This document shows, piece after piece, positions 46,322-56,830 of a DNA stretch of 64,000 bases (position 1 is its first letter; the number at the start of each line of letters is the position of its first letter). Below the pieces are notes generated by a model. It searched no databases, was not told the DNA's origin, and saw nothing but the letters and a program-made list of their open reading frames with translations. This stretch comes from Candidatus Aminicenantes bacterium (GTDB taxonomy: Bacteria; Acidobacteriota; Aminicenantia; Aminicenantales; Aminicenantaceae), in NCBI GenBank assembly GCA_011773465.1, contig WVXO01000012.1, positions 71,561-135,560 on the forward strand, written 5' to 3'. A program made the translations under genes and the position numbers.

Positions 46322-46518
46322 TTTAACAAACTTGCACCGAGCAGATTGCCAAAATCTAGAACGGAAGTGCCAGGGAAAAATATGCTTTTTCCAAAAACGA
46401 AATCATGCTTATTACTAATTCCAACCGAAAGTCAACCTCTTTCTTCCTCAAAAAAATAAAGGCTGTCGGTGATTTACCCCATGAAACAGTCAAAATCAAT
46501 CTATTCAGAATGTCTTCT

Positions 46519-46860
46519 CTATTTCTTTTCTTTAAGTCTGGCTGCTTTGCCTTTGAGTTCACGAAGGTAGTACAGCTTGGCTCTCCTGACCTTTCCATGC
46601 CTAACAGCTTCAATCTTTTTGATCATCTTGGAATGGAGAGGAAATATTCTCTCTACTCCGATACCGAAGGAAATTTTTCGAACAGTGAAAGTTGCCCCTA
46701 AACCAGAACCTTTTTTGGCGATAACATCTCCCCGAAAAACCTGAATTCTCTCTTTATCTCCTTCTCTTATGATGACATGGACTTTAACCGTATCTCCCAC
46801 CTTAAAAGAATCTGAATCTTTTTTTAGAAGTTTTTCCTCGACCGAATTAATCAGATTCAT
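46519..46860 (-). CDS. rplS: 50S ribosomal protein L19
   Basis: 113 aa with a typical L19 sequence ([11 protein letters not shown]...RRAKLYYLR). Confidence 0.95.
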   Translation of the reverse strand: MNLINSVEEKLLKKDSDSFKVGDTVKVHVIIREGDKERIQVFRGDVIAKKGSGLGATFTVRKISFGIGVERIFPLHSKMIKKIEAVRHGKVRRAKLYYLRELKGKAARLKEKK

Positions 46861-47599
46861 CTTTTTTTCCTCTCTTTTCTGTTGTTATCTTTTCCAGAAT
46901 CTTTTTCTCCTCTGCTGATAATTTTCGATTCTTCAGAAGATCGGGCCTTTGGAGCCATGTCTTTTCTAAAGATTTCTTTCGCCTCCAAGATTCAATCTTA
47001 CTGTGGTCTCCGGAGAAAAGAACTTCGGGAACTTCCATGCCTCTAAAATTTCGTGGGCGCGTGTAATGAGGAAATTCCAATAAGCCCTCATAAAAAGAAT
47101 CCCTCTTAACTGATTCCACATTTCCTACAACTTGGGGAATGAATCTCGAAATCCCGTCAACGACAACAATAGCTGCAGGCTCACCTCCTGTGAGAATATA
47201 ATCTCCGATGGAAATCTCACCTGTCACCAAATATTGAATCACTCTTTCGTCGACTCCTTCATAGCGGCCACAGATGAGAATGACTTGAGGATGTTGCGCT
47301 AGCTCCTCAGCAAAACGAAAATCAAATTTCCTTCCTTGGGGAGAAAGAAGGTATACAGGTGTTTTCTCATTCTGTTTAATTTTCTCTACAGCAGCGAAAA
47401 TTGGCTCAGACTTAAGGACCATTCCCTGGCCACCCCCAAAAGGACGGTCATCTATCTGTTTGTGCTTATCAAAGGTGAAATCTCTCAGATCATGAACATG
47501 AACTTCTATTAATCCCTTGTCCAGGGCCTTGTTTATAACTCCTTTCGAAAATACACTCCCGAACATCTCGGGAAAGATAGTGATTATATCAAATCTCAT
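46847..47599 (-). CDS. trmD: tRNA (guanine37-N1)-methyltransferase
   Basis: [13 protein letters not shown] is the canonical TrmD N-terminus, so I place the start at 47599 rather than 47632. Confidence 0.93.
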   Translation of the reverse strand: MRFDIITIFPEMFGSVFSKGVINKALDKGLIEVHVHDLRDFTFDKHKQIDDRPFGGGQGMVLKSEPIFAAVEKIKQNEKTPVYLLSPQGRKFDFRFAEELAQHPQVILICGRYEGVDERVIQYLVTGEISIGDYILTGGEPAAIVVVDGISRFIPQVVGNVESVKRDSFYEGLLEFPHYTRPRNFRGMEVPEVLFSGDHSKIESWRRKKSLEKTWLQRPDLLKNRKLSAEEKKILEKITTEKRGKKDESD

Positions 47600-48111
47600 C
47601 CAACTCTGAAAGACCGTCGGGCAGGTCGACAAGGATTTCCTTTCGCTTTAAGTTGACCTTAAGGCATATGGACTTTGTGAAGGGGACGAGAATTTCTCTC
47701 TTTCCTTTCTTGACAACCAAAAGATCATTTTCTTTTATGCAAAACAGATCTTTAACGCTTCCTATTCTATCTCCCTTTTTTGTTACTACAGAACACCCGA
47801 TTATCTGGAAAAAATAGTATTTGCCTTTTTCTAGAGTTCGAAGATCTTCTTCTGGGAGCAGGAGTTCCTGTCCTGCAAACTCACGAGCCTGAGGGAGAGA
47901 GTCAATTCCCTTCAGCTTGAGAATGTAGAACTCTTTATAGGGGCGGAAGGATTCAACTTGAAATTCTTCTCGAGCTCCCTTTCTTTCCAGAAATACCCTT
48001 GAAAAAAAAAGACTTCAAAGGGTGATCAGAATAAGGCTTAATCCTTAGTTCGCCCTTCTTTCCCTGGCTCCTTATAATTTTTCCTATGCTGACCAAGCTA
48101 ACCTTTTTCAA
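47589..48111 (-). pseudogene. rimM: 16S rRNA processing protein RimM, reading frame broken at an A9/T9 homopolymer
   Basis: The N-terminal frame (LVSIGKIIRSQGKKGELRIKPYSDHPLKSFF) stops 15 codons after the run at 48002-48010. The shifted frame continues SRVFLERKGAREEFQVESFRPYKEFYILKLKGIDSLPQAREFAGQELLL...[12 protein letters not shown] to the stop at 47589. Removing one base of the run restores a full RimM. Confidence 0.75.
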
Positions 48112-48334
48112 TTATTTCGAGATTGAATCTCCTTTTCAGTTTCATCCCAGCAGCACCAAGAATAATTCTTATGGCCCGTGCTGTTCTTCCCTGTTTGCCG
48201 ATAACCTTGCCCAAATCCTCCGGAGCAACCTTGAGTTCCAGGATCGTGGTCTGTTCCCCTTCTAACTGGGAAACCTGTACCTTGTCCGGACTGTCAACTA
48301 ATGATTTGGCAATCAATTCAACGAGTTCTTTCAC
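48098..48334 (-). CDS. KH-domain RNA-binding protein (YlqC/UPF0109 family)
   Basis: 78 aa with the motif [16 protein letters not shown], in the conserved position between rpsP and rimM. Confidence 0.88.
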   Translation of the reverse strand: MKELVELIAKSLVDSPDKVQVSQLEGEQTTILELKVAPEDLGKVIGKQGRTARAIRIILGAAGMKLKRRFNLEIIEKG

Positions 48335-48351
48335 TGTAACCTCCTTTAAGT

Positions 48352-48621
48352 TTAAGAATGTTGATTGGAAAGCTTCTCAGATTTGGAAACTTTATGTAAA
48401 AGAGATTGAACTGTTTTTGAAGCTTGAGCTCCTCTCTCCAGCCAAAAATTTGCTTTTTTAATATCAACATTGATTTCAGGTGGTTCCTTTAAAGGATCGT
48501 AATATCCAAGGATCTCCTTCGCTTTACTTTCCCTTGGCTTTTCAGAATCTATAACGATGATTCGATAAAAAGGCCTTTTCTTCGCTCCAAGTCTCATGAG
48601 TCGTATTGAAATCATTTTCAA
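48352..48621 (-). CDS. rpsP: 30S ribosomal protein S16
   Basis: 89 aa with N-terminus [21 protein letters not shown]. Confidence 0.95.
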   Translation of the reverse strand: MKMISIRLMRLGAKKRPFYRIIVIDSEKPRESKAKEILGYYDPLKEPPEINVDIKKANFWLERGAQASKTVQSLLHKVSKSEKLSNQHS

Positions 48622-48717
48622 TTCATTTTTATTTAATACTATAAATAATGTAAGCTTGATTTATCAAACACATACATCTCAGATAATGAGAGATAATATC
48701 TAAATTTTCTAATTTAG

Positions 48718-50040
48718 TCAACTGACCCCGGAAAGAATTTTCTGAAAGGAAGATTTTTTCATCATTTTTTTCATTTCTATAAATTGCTTCAATAACTGAT
48801 TCACTTCAGAAACGGGCCTTCCACTTCCCTTCGCAATTCTCATACGGCGGCTCCCGCTTATCATTTTTGGATTTTCCTTTTCCTCAAGAGTCATGGAGTT
48901 GATAATGGCCTCATAATGAAGAATCTTCTTGCTATCAATTTTCATCTTGGAGACATTCTTGAAAGGACCGGATTCAGGCAATAGACTCAAAATTTGGGAA
49001 AGCGATCCCATTTTCTTCATTTGGATGAGCTGCTTTTTAAAATCTTCTAGGCTGAACTCTTGTTTTCGGAGCTTGCGGGCAAGTGCTTTTGTTTCTTCTA
49101 AATCAGCCTCCTTCTCTGCCTTTTCGACCAGGCTCAAGATATCGCCCATCCCCAGAATCCTGGAAGCCATGCGGTCAGGATGGAAAACTTCGAGCTTATC
49201 GAATTTCTCCCCCACACCGATGAATTTTATAGGCTTACCTGTCACTGAGACTATAGACAAAGCTGCTCCTCCTCTTGCATCGCCATCTAACTTGGTTAAA
49301 ATAACGGAAGTTAATCCAATTTTTTCCTCAAAGATCTGGGAGCTTTTCACTGCATCCTGGCCCGTCATAGAATCCCCCACATAGATCACTTCTACGGGTT
49401 TAAGAATATCTTTCACCATTCGGAGTTCCATCATAAGGTCATCATCGACATGAAGTCTCCCTGCTGTATCGACGATGAGTGGATCAAAACCTCGATTTGA
49501 GGCGAATTTGAGGAGCTCTTTGAGAGCTTCGGGCGGAGAAGACATTTGTTCTTTTGTCATTTCATAGAAGGGGAGGTTGAGCATTTTGGCAATCATCTTC
49601 AATTGCTCCTGAGCAGCGGGCCTTTTCAGATCAAATGAGACAAGAAGAGGATTTTTTTTGAGATCCAAAACCCACTTTGCGAGCTTTCCACAGGATGTCG
49701 TTTTTCCAGAACCTTGAAGCCCGACCAGCATGAATATTGATGGAGGATGGCTCGAAAATTCCAACTTTTTTGCTTCCTGCCCTAAAATGGAAGTCATTTC
49801 ATCCCTTACTATCTTGATGACTTGCTGAGCAGGTGTAAGACTCGTGAGGACTTTCTCGTTCAGTGCTTTAATTCTGATTCTCTCTTCAAAGTCTTTCACA
49901 ACTCGATAGTTAACATCAGATTCAAGAAAGGTCAGACGAATCATCCTTAAGGCCTCAGCCATGTTTTTTTCAGTGATTTTTCCCTCGCCACGGAGAAATT
50001 TCATAACTTTCTGAAGGCGATTCGATAATTGATCAAGCAT
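48718..50040 (-). CDS. ffh: Signal recognition particle protein
   Basis: 440 aa with GLQGSGKTT, DTAGR, TKLDGD and a Met-rich M domain. Confidence 0.95.
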   Translation of the reverse strand: MLDQLSNRLQKVMKFLRGEGKITEKNMAEALRMIRLTFLESDVNYRVVKDFEERIRIKALNEKVLTSLTPAQQVIKIVRDEMTSILGQEAKKLEFSSHPPSIFMLVGLQGSGKTTSCGKLAKWVLDLKKNPLLVSFDLKRPAAQEQLKMIAKMLNLPFYEMTKEQMSSPPEALKELLKFASNRGFDPLIVDTAGRLHVDDDLMMELRMVKDILKPVEVIYVGDSMTGQDAVKSSQIFEEKIGLTSVILTKLDGDARGGAALSIVSVTGKPIKFIGVGEKFDKLEVFHPDRMASRILGMGDILSLVEKAEKEADLEETKALARKLRKQEFSLEDFKKQLIQMKKMGSLSQILSLLPESGPFKNVSKMKIDSKKILHYEAIINSMTLEEKENPKMISGSRRMRIAKGSGRPVSEVNQLLKQFIEMKKMMKKSSFQKILSGVS

Positions 50041-50112
50041 CTTCTTTCTCCAGACTCAGATCAACCTATCAAGAAGAAAAATTTTTCTATCGTTGACCGT
50101 CCAGGTTCTCTC

Positions 50113-50141
50113 ATAATAAGGCCTAACCCCAGTAAAGTCAA
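50113..50141 (-). promoter_or_regulatory. Candidate sigma-70 promoter TTGACT-N17-TATTAT for the ffh operon
   Basis: Minus-strand TTGACT (50141-50136) and TATTAT (50118-50113), about 70 nt upstream of the ffh ATG. Confidence 0.35.
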
Positions 50142-50206
50142 CGGGATCAGACCTTTCAAATTCTCATGATTTGAATATCTTAAAGAGGAATGAAAAAAAA
50201 TTATTT

Positions 50207-50341
50207 ACTTAAAAGGCTCAGGCTATATGGTTCAAAAACACGTTGCTTTTGCCCCAAGAAAAATGTGGACTGGGAGAAATGGAAGAAATGGGGCCTGGCC
50301 CCATTTTTCTCAAGGCTTCACCAAGCGAGGGAAGAGAAAAT
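50207..50341 (+). repeat. Short variant of the MITE-like family, copy C
   Basis: It shares the head cttaaaaggctcaggctatatggttcaaaaacacgttgcttttgcccc with copies A and B. It then diverges into aagaaaaatg..., a GGGGCCTGGCCCC palindrome (50286-50308) and ctcaaggcttc...ggaagagaaaatg, as in copy D. Confidence 0.5.
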
Positions 50342-50464
50342 GCTTACAATCCACCGCTCCTACTTGACATTTTTTCGTATTGTGATTAAGGTATTAATAA
50401 TTTTTTTTAGAGTGCTGTGAAGAGGATAATAAGGTTTCTATCTCATGCATGTTAAGGAAATGAA

Positions 50465-50938
50465 ATGAGTTCGAAGATAGACTACAAAGAGATAAACAAG
50501 CTCATACGTCTAATGGAAGAGAAAAACTTATCCCATTTCGAAATGGAAGTAGAGGGCTTAAAGATCAAGATCGGCAGAGACCTCTCCTCTGCTTCTGCAT
50601 CAGAGCCCGCTCCTGCTCTCGAAGTATCGAAAGATACAGAAGCAAAATCAAGCAACGAAACTTTAGAGGCTGCGCCACAGGAAGGAAAGAATGATCTTTA
50701 CTACATCACATCTCCCATGGTCGGGACTTTTTACAGTGCTCCAGATCCCTCTTCTCCCCCTTTCGTTGAAATAGGAGACTCAGTGAAAAAAAACCAAACT
50801 CTCTGTATTATAGAAGCAATGAAATTGATGAATGAAATTGAATCAGAGGTTGACGGCGTTCTCATGAAAATTTTTATCGAGAACGGAAAGCCTGTCGAAT
50901 ACGGGCAAAGATTGTTTGCAATCCAGCCAGTCTCCTAA
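50465..50938 (+). CDS. accB: Acetyl-CoA carboxylase biotin carboxyl carrier protein
   Basis: 157 aa with the biotinylation motif [10 protein letters not shown]. Confidence 0.92.
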   Translation: MSSKIDYKEINKLIRLMEEKNLSHFEMEVEGLKIKIGRDLSSASASEPAPALEVSKDTEAKSSNETLEAAPQEGKNDLYYITSPMVGTFYSAPDPSSPPFVEIGDSVKKNQTLCIIEAMKLMNEIESEVDGVLMKIFIENGKPVEYGQRLFAIQPVS

Positions 50939-50944
50939 TCCTAG

Positions 50945-52306
50945 ATGTTTTCTAAAATCTTAATTGCAAACCGCGGGGAGATCGCCCTGCGCATTATCCG
51001 GGCAGCCCGAGAATTGGGTCTTAAAACTGTTGCCGTCTTTTCTGAGCCAGACAGAAATTCTCTCCACACTATGCTTGCCGATGAGAAAATCTGCATAGGC
51101 CCTGCTAAAGCCTCTGAAAGCTACCTCAACATTCCCAATCTCCTTAGCGCTGCTGAGATTACTAAAGCCGATGCCATTCATCCTGGTTATGGATTCCTGG
51201 CGGAAAATCCCCGCTTCCCCGAGATCTGCGAAACCTCAGGCATAACTTTTATTGGCCCTCCAGGTTCTCTTATGAGGCTCATGGGAGATAAAAACAGAGC
51301 TCGGCAAGAAATGGAAAAAGCCAAACTAACAGTAATTCCTGGAAGCGATGAGGTTACTGAAGACATATCTGAGGCCAAAAAAATAGCACAAAAAATCGGC
51401 TATCCTGTTATCCTCAAAGCAGCGGCTGGTGGCGGAGGAAAAGGGATGAGAGTTGTCCGCTCTGCCACTAATCTGGAAGAGCAGTTTTCCATAGCTCAAA
51501 ATGAGGCTAAATCCGCCTTTGGTGACTCTTCTCTTTATCTAGAAAAATACTTGCACAAAGCCCACCACATAGAAATTCAAGTTATCGGCGACACAAAGGG
51601 AAATGTCCTCGCACTTGGTGAAAGAGAATGCTCCATCCAGAGAAAATACCAAAAACTGCTGGAAGAGACACCTTCCCCATTCATAGATGAAAAATTCCGG
51701 AGAAAGATGATAAAAGCTGTCCATGATGCGGCCCATTTCATAGGCTATCAGAGTTTGGGGACATTTGAGTTCTTAGTGGACGAGAGAAAGAAATTCTATT
51801 TCATGGAAGCCAACACGCGCGTCCAAGTCGAACATCCTATTACAGAAATGGCCTACGGTATCGACCTGATCAAAGAGCAGATCAAAATAGCCGCAGGTGA
51901 TAAGCTCTCCTTCTCCCCTGATTTGAGATTAAACGGTCATTGTCTTGAATGCCGGATAAATGCAGAAGATCCAGAGACATTCATTCCTTCCCCGGGAAAG
52001 GTTGACTTTTTGGCATTCCCAGGAGGAGAAGGTATCCGAGTGGATTCCGCAGCCTACAGCAACTGGCAAATACCCCCTGACTACGACTCTCTTGTTGCCA
52101 AAATCGTGGCCAAAGCTCCAACCCGAGCAGATGCTATCAAAAAAATGATAGTGGCTTTAGAGATGACAACTATTGCCGGCATAAAAACAAACATTCCCCT
52201 TCACTTGGGCATTCTCTCCAACTCGGATTTCATCAACGGAGACTACAATATCCAGTTTATGGAAAAATTCCTTGACAAGAAAAATTCATCAAGGATAAAG
52301 GGGTAG
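50945..52306 (+). CDS. accC: Acetyl-CoA carboxylase biotin carboxylase subunit
   Basis: 453 aa with MFSKILIANRGEIALRIIRA, an ATP-grasp glycine loop AAAGGGGKGMRVV, and EMNTR-like MEANTRVQVEHP. Confidence 0.95.
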   Translation: MFSKILIANRGEIALRIIRAARELGLKTVAVFSEPDRNSLHTMLADEKICIGPAKASESYLNIPNLLSAAEITKADAIHPGYGFLAENPRFPEICETSGITFIGPPGSLMRLMGDKNRARQEMEKAKLTVIPGSDEVTEDISEAKKIAQKIGYPVILKAAAGGGGKGMRVVRSATNLEEQFSIAQNEAKSAFGDSSLYLEKYLHKAHHIEIQVIGDTKGNVLALGERECSIQRKYQKLLEETPSPFIDEKFRRKMIKAVHDAAHFIGYQSLGTFEFLVDERKKFYFMEANTRVQVEHPITEMAYGIDLIKEQIKIAAGDKLSFSPDLRLNGHCLECRINAEDPETFIPSPGKVDFLAFPGGEGIRVDSAAYSNWQIPPDYDSLVAKIVAKAPTRADAIKKMIVALEMTTIAGIKTNIPLHLGILSNSDFINGDYNIQFMEKFLDKKNSSRIKG

Positions 52307-52900
52307 ATAAATTATAACTTCAAACTCGCCGGAATTATCGCCGACAACATTCTCATTAATCCCCAAAAAAAGACGGCCGCTTATTGGCATCCTGACTTGA
52401 TTGGCCGAACCTATGTAAAACTTTTCTATGATCTCGTGGCGCATCTCTTCACCGGTTTCCTCATCCACTTCAATAGAAATAAGCCAGACAACCTTCCCGA
52501 TTAAAGCCCCTATATTCTCATCTGAAATGGGCTGCTGCATGGTTTTACGATCCATTCCATCAGGTCCGCACCAAGCCATCGGGTTGCCTCTCTGAAGAGA
52601 AATTTGATTCTGTGCACTAAAATATATTTCCTGGTCTTCTTTAACTTCAAGGCCGGTATCTGTCCAATCCACACTACCCAAAACAGTTATTCTAGAAACA
52701 GCCTTCCACTCTAGATTAGAGCTATTCTCCTGTTCCTTGGCTAAAACCTTTTCCTCATTAAAAACAGATCTCTCAACTGAAAAACTGCTTGAGACAAAGA
52801 GAAAGTACAAAGAAGGAACAACAAATAGTAACCAGCATAGAACAAGAAACAAACTTCCTTTAGCCCCGGACCTTAACACGATCTTTCTCTTATTGCTCAT
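52289..52900 (-). CDS. Hypothetical membrane-anchored protein with a beta-rich ectodomain
   Basis: 203 aa with one N-terminal TM segment (LFLVLCWLLFVVPSLYFLFV). No motif recognised. It converges on the accC end with an 18-nt overlap. Confidence 0.5.
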   Translation of the reverse strand: MSNKRKIVLRSGAKGSLFLVLCWLLFVVPSLYFLFVSSSFSVERSVFNEEKVLAKEQENSSNLEWKAVSRITVLGSVDWTDTGLEVKEDQEIYFSAQNQISLQRGNPMAWCGPDGMDRKTMQQPISDENIGALIGKVVWLISIEVDEETGEEMRHEIIEKFYIGSANQVRMPISGRLFLGINENVVGDNSGEFEVIIYLPLYP

Positions 52901-52952
52901 TTTATCCTTTTCTCATTACTTATTTTATCTTTTTCTCTTTCATTTGTATATC

Positions 52953-53774
52953 TTAATCAAGTTTTTTGCCTCTGATGCTTTTTTTTACTTTCGCATTTTC
53001 CATTAGAAGCACATCCACCATCTGCTGGTGAATTAAACCGTTGGTCGCCAAAATTTCTGAATCAAAAATGCTGAATTCACTATTCCTAAAATCAGAAATC
53101 CGGCCTCCCCCCTCTTGGGCAATCAAGGCTCCTGCAGCCATATCCCAGGGCTGAAGCTTCAATTCCCAGAAACCATCAAACCTCCCACAGGCTACGTAGC
53201 AGAGATCCATCGCCGCTGAGCCACAGCGCCGAATCCCCTGGGCTCGAATCAAGAAATTATTAAAATGGACGATGTTGTTCACTTCGCTCACCCGAATATC
53301 ATAAGGAAACCCTGTGGCTATTAGACTCTTATCCAATTCATCAACAGAAGAGACCTTAATCTCTTTTCCGTTGAGAAACGCGCCTTCTCCCTTTATTGCT
53401 GAGAACATCTCTCTCCTCATGGGATCGTAAACCACGCCTAGAACGATCTCACTCTTTCTCTCCAATGCTACAGATACGCAGAAAATAGGAAAGTTATGAG
53501 CGTAATTTGTCGTACCATCAAGAGGATCGATTATCCACCTAAATCCTGCTCCTTGCTGCTTGCTCAGCCCTTCCTCGGCCAAAAAATCATGGCCAGGAAA
53601 ACAGGATGAAAGATGTTTGAAAATTGCCTTCTGCGATTTATTATCAAAATTAGTGACAAGATCTACAGTCCCTTTAAACATGATTTTGCTGGACTTGTCG
53701 ATATTTTCCCTTAGAATTCGCCCTGCTTTTTGAGCGGCTTCCTTTGCAGCCTCTAAATATCTTTCCATGTTCAT
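52953..53774 (-). CDS. suhB: Inositol monophosphatase family protein
   Basis: 273 aa with WIIDPLDGTTNYAH and a WDMAAG motif. Confidence 0.88.
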   Translation of the reverse strand: MNMERYLEAAKEAAQKAGRILRENIDKSSKIMFKGTVDLVTNFDNKSQKAIFKHLSSCFPGHDFLAEEGLSKQQGAGFRWIIDPLDGTTNYAHNFPIFCVSVALERKSEIVLGVVYDPMRREMFSAIKGEGAFLNGKEIKVSSVDELDKSLIATGFPYDIRVSEVNNIVHFNNFLIRAQGIRRCGSAAMDLCYVACGRFDGFWELKLQPWDMAAGALIAQEGGGRISDFRNSEFSIFDSEILATNGLIHQQMVDVLLMENAKVKKSIRGKKLD

Positions 53775-53831
53775 GGCTCCTCAATATTACCAACTCTCGA
53801 CTTTTCTATCAACCTTATGAAAAATGGCGCC

Positions 53832-53856
53832 AAAAATGGGGCCAGGCCCCATTTTT
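53832..53856. repeat. GGGGCCAGGCCCC palindrome family copy in a divergent promoter region
   Basis: Sequence aaaaatggggccaggccccattttt, lying between the suhB (-) and macA-like (+) start codons. Confidence 0.7.
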
Positions 53857-53970
53857 CCATTCTTTAAAACTTTTTCTAATAACGAGGGTGGAGATTCTTG
53901 CTACCCCTATAAACCTTTTGCCTTTTTAGTCGTATTATAATATGATAATGAGACCTAAGAGAAAGAGGAG

Positions 53971-55197
53971 ATGAATAAAAAAAGAGGCTTCTTCAAGAGA
54001 AGAAAAAAAGCAATCATAATTTTTGCTGTAATCATGTGTGTCGGGATTATTATTATCTTCAACCTCCGATCACAAAGAGAAAAAAGCATAAAAGTGACTG
54101 TAGAGAAAGCTGAAAAGCGTGATTTGACTTCGAAAATCTCGGCATCCGGAGAAGTTAAGCCCAAAAAAAATGTGAATATTAGCGCTCACATACCAGGAAG
54201 AATTGTCAAAATAGGAGTAGAGGAAGGTCAAAGAGTTAAGGCAGAAGATTTTCTCCTGAAACTCGACTCAACTCAATACGAAGCAAATGCTGACCGGGCC
54301 CAGGCTCTCATTCATTCTCACAGAGCTGACCTTATAAGGGCAGAAGCAGCACTGAAAAAAGATGAAAGTTTCTACCAAAGATATCAGAAACTTTTTGAGG
54401 AAAAGCTCATCTCTGAAGAACAGCTGGAGGCAGCCAAGGCTCAATATGATATCTCTAAAGCACAGCAGCAAGCCATCCTTTATCAAATCGACCAAGCCCA
54501 GGCATCTCTCCAAAGCGCCATGGATGACTTGAGTAAAACGGTCTACAACTCCCCGATTGACGGAATTATTACAAGCCTTCGAGTTGAAGAGGGGGAGATC
54601 GCCATGATCGGCACGATGAACAATCCCGGAACAATTCTGATGACCATCGCCGACCTCTCTGTGATGGAAGTAGAGGTTGAAGTTGACGAAACAGATGTCA
54701 TCGGAGTCGGGATCGGACAGCAGGCTGAGGTAAGAGTTGATGCCTTCCCTAACCAAACCATCAAAGGAAAAGTCACTGAAATCGGAAGCTCTGCCCTTCA
54801 AAAAGTGACTTCATCCGAAGAATCTAAGGATTTTAAAGTTATCATAACACTGGAAAATCCCCCAGAGAACCTTAAGCCTGGCCTCTCAGCTACAACAGAT
54901 ATCATCACCGCTGAAAAAACAGATGTCCTCGCTATCCCGATTTCCGCTTTAGTCTTAAGAGAAAAAGAGGATAAAGAAGAAGAAAAAAAGGATGAACAAG
55001 AAGAAGGAGTCTATGTCGTCAAGGATAGTCGAGTAAAATTTTTTCCTGTGAAAAAAGGAATTATGGGTGAGATGATGATAGAAATCACCACAGGGCTTGA
55101 AGAAGGACAGGATATTGTTGTCGGCCCGTATAGCGCACTCCGCCAGCTTAAAGATGATACACTGATCAAGCCAGAAGAAAAGAAAAAAGAAGAATAA
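53971..55197 (+). CDS. Efflux periplasmic adaptor (HlyD/MacA family)
   Basis: 408 aa with an N-terminal anchor, a long coiled-coil hairpin ([11 protein letters not shown]...QASLQSA) and beta-barrel/lipoyl-like segments. Confidence 0.85.
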   Translation: MNKKRGFFKRRKKAIIIFAVIMCVGIIIIFNLRSQREKSIKVTVEKAEKRDLTSKISASGEVKPKKNVNISAHIPGRIVKIGVEEGQRVKAEDFLLKLDSTQYEANADRAQALIHSHRADLIRAEAALKKDESFYQRYQKLFEEKLISEEQLEAAKAQYDISKAQQQAILYQIDQAQASLQSAMDDLSKTVYNSPIDGIITSLRVEEGEIAMIGTMNNPGTILMTIADLSVMEVEVEVDETDVIGVGIGQQAEVRVDAFPNQTIKGKVTEIGSSALQKVTSSEESKDFKVIITLENPPENLKPGLSATTDIITAEKTDVLAIPISALVLREKEDKEEEKKDEQEEGVYVVKDSRVKFFPVKKGIMGEMMIEITTGLEEGQDIVVGPYSALRQLKDDTLIKPEEKKKEE

Positions 55198-55898
55198 TGG
55201 AACGCACAGACAACATCATTATCTCCACAGAGAACCTCTGGAAAGTTTATCAATTGGGAAGGCAGGAAGTTAATGCCCTCTGCGATGCGACATTCAGTAT
55301 TACCCAGGGCGAATTTGTAGCCATCATGGGTCCCTCAGGTTCTGGAAAATCAACCCTAATGAACATACTGGGATGTCTTGATACTCCCACCAAGGGAAAT
55401 TATTACTTAAGGGGAAAATTGGTCAGCGCGTTAAATGATAACGAACTCGCGTACATCCGCAATAACGAGATCGGTTTTGTCTTTCAGGTCTTTAACCTCC
55501 TCGCTCGAGCCACAGCTTTCCACAACGTGGAACTTCCCCTTATTTACAAAGGAGCCAAGAAGAAAGTAAGAGAGGAAAAAACACATAAAGCGTTGGAAAT
55601 GGTAGAGATGTCGGATAGAATGAATCACCGCCCGTCAGAACTCTCGGGAGGCGAAAGGCAGAGAGTCGCTATTGCTCGCGCTCTGGTTAATGAACCTTCT
55701 CTCCTACTTGCAGATGAACCTACAGGCAATCTTGACTCCAAAACAGGGCTGGAAATCATCAACCTCTTTCGCAAAATACATTCTCAGGGAAACACTATCA
55801 TTGTGGTCACCCATGAGAGAGAAATTGCCGAACAGGCTCACCGGATTATCTTCTTAAAAGATGGAAGGATTGTAAAAGAGGAGCGGAAAGGAGAATAG
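55197..55898 (+). CDS. ABC transporter ATP-binding protein (MacB/LolD/FtsE-like)
   Basis: 233 aa with [24 protein letters not shown] and [12 protein letters not shown]. Start/stop overlap with the adaptor gene. Confidence 0.92.
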   Translation: MERTDNIIISTENLWKVYQLGRQEVNALCDATFSITQGEFVAIMGPSGSGKSTLMNILGCLDTPTKGNYYLRGKLVSALNDNELAYIRNNEIGFVFQVFNLLARATAFHNVELPLIYKGAKKKVREEKTHKALEMVEMSDRMNHRPSELSGGERQRVAIARALVNEPSLLLADEPTGNLDSKTGLEIINLFRKIHSQGNTIIVVTHEREIAEQAHRIIFLKDGRIVKEERKGE

Positions 55899-55901
55899 TA
55901 C

Positions 55902-56609
55902 ATGGATATTTTCAATCGTTTCCAAGGAATATTCTTCAACCCGAAGATAACCCTGAAAGCTATTTCAGAAAAACCAGTCTGGATTGATGCCCTCATCATT
56001 CTCCTCATCGCCTGGGCCCTTTTTAACTACGTTACAACTCCTTACCTTCAAAAAGATACCCTTCAACTTCTTCAAAGCAGCACCAAACTTCAAGAAAGAA
56101 TGGGGGAAGATGCATTCAACCGGATGATCGAACGCACAAAAAATCCTTCAAAAGCCCGCGTTCTCCTCAGCAGCCTACTACAAAAACCTGCGACTCTACT
56201 CATCGGCTTTCTCTTCTCGAGCTTGATCATTCTTGCCATGAGCCGGATGTTCTCTACAGAAGGAAATTACAAACAGGTTCTCTCAGCCATACTGCACGCA
56301 AACTTCATCGACAAAATCTTAGGCAATGCCCTGCGCCTAGTCCTGATTCTCACCCGAAAATCTTTTATGCAGACCACCACCGGCCTGGCCCTTTTCTTCC
56401 CGAAGTTGGAGATAACTTCTCCCGCCTTCATTATCCTGAGCCAGGTTGACTTTTTCCAGCTTTGGCTATTCGGGGTTCTCGGATATGGTCTCTCTTCTAT
56501 ATTCAAGATTGAATTAAAGAAAGGCCTTATCCTATCTTACAGTTTTTGGTTTTTAAAAAGTCTCCTCTATATTGCGTACGGCCTGATTTCTATTCGATTT
56601 ATAGTATAA
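55902..56609 (+). CDS. Yip1-like polytopic membrane protein
   Basis: 235 aa with about 5 hydrophobic helices. It starts 3 nt after the ABC ATPase stop. The Yip1/DUF-type assignment rests on topology and general resemblance only. Confidence 0.55.
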   Translation: MDIFNRFQGIFFNPKITLKAISEKPVWIDALIILLIAWALFNYVTTPYLQKDTLQLLQSSTKLQERMGEDAFNRMIERTKNPSKARVLLSSLLQKPATLLIGFLFSSLIILAMSRMFSTEGNYKQVLSAILHANFIDKILGNALRLVLILTRKSFMQTTTGLALFFPKLEITSPAFIILSQVDFFQLWLFGVLGYGLSSIFKIELKKGLILSYSFWFLKSLLYIAYGLISIRFIV

Positions 56610-56830
56610 AATCCGAAGAAGTTGGACACCATAAGGGGAAAGATAGCAGCAGATTTGGCGCATTTCCTGAAAAAGATTTCCTTAAAAAATTAGTCAAAAA
56701 CCTCAGATAATAAACACGAGCAATCGCATGTCAAAAACTTAGAAAAACAAGGGAATAGAATTGAGAAGAAAACAGATTCTCGCTCTTCTGATTTTTATAA
56801 CTCTCCTTGTGCTTCTCCTGCTGATAAAAA

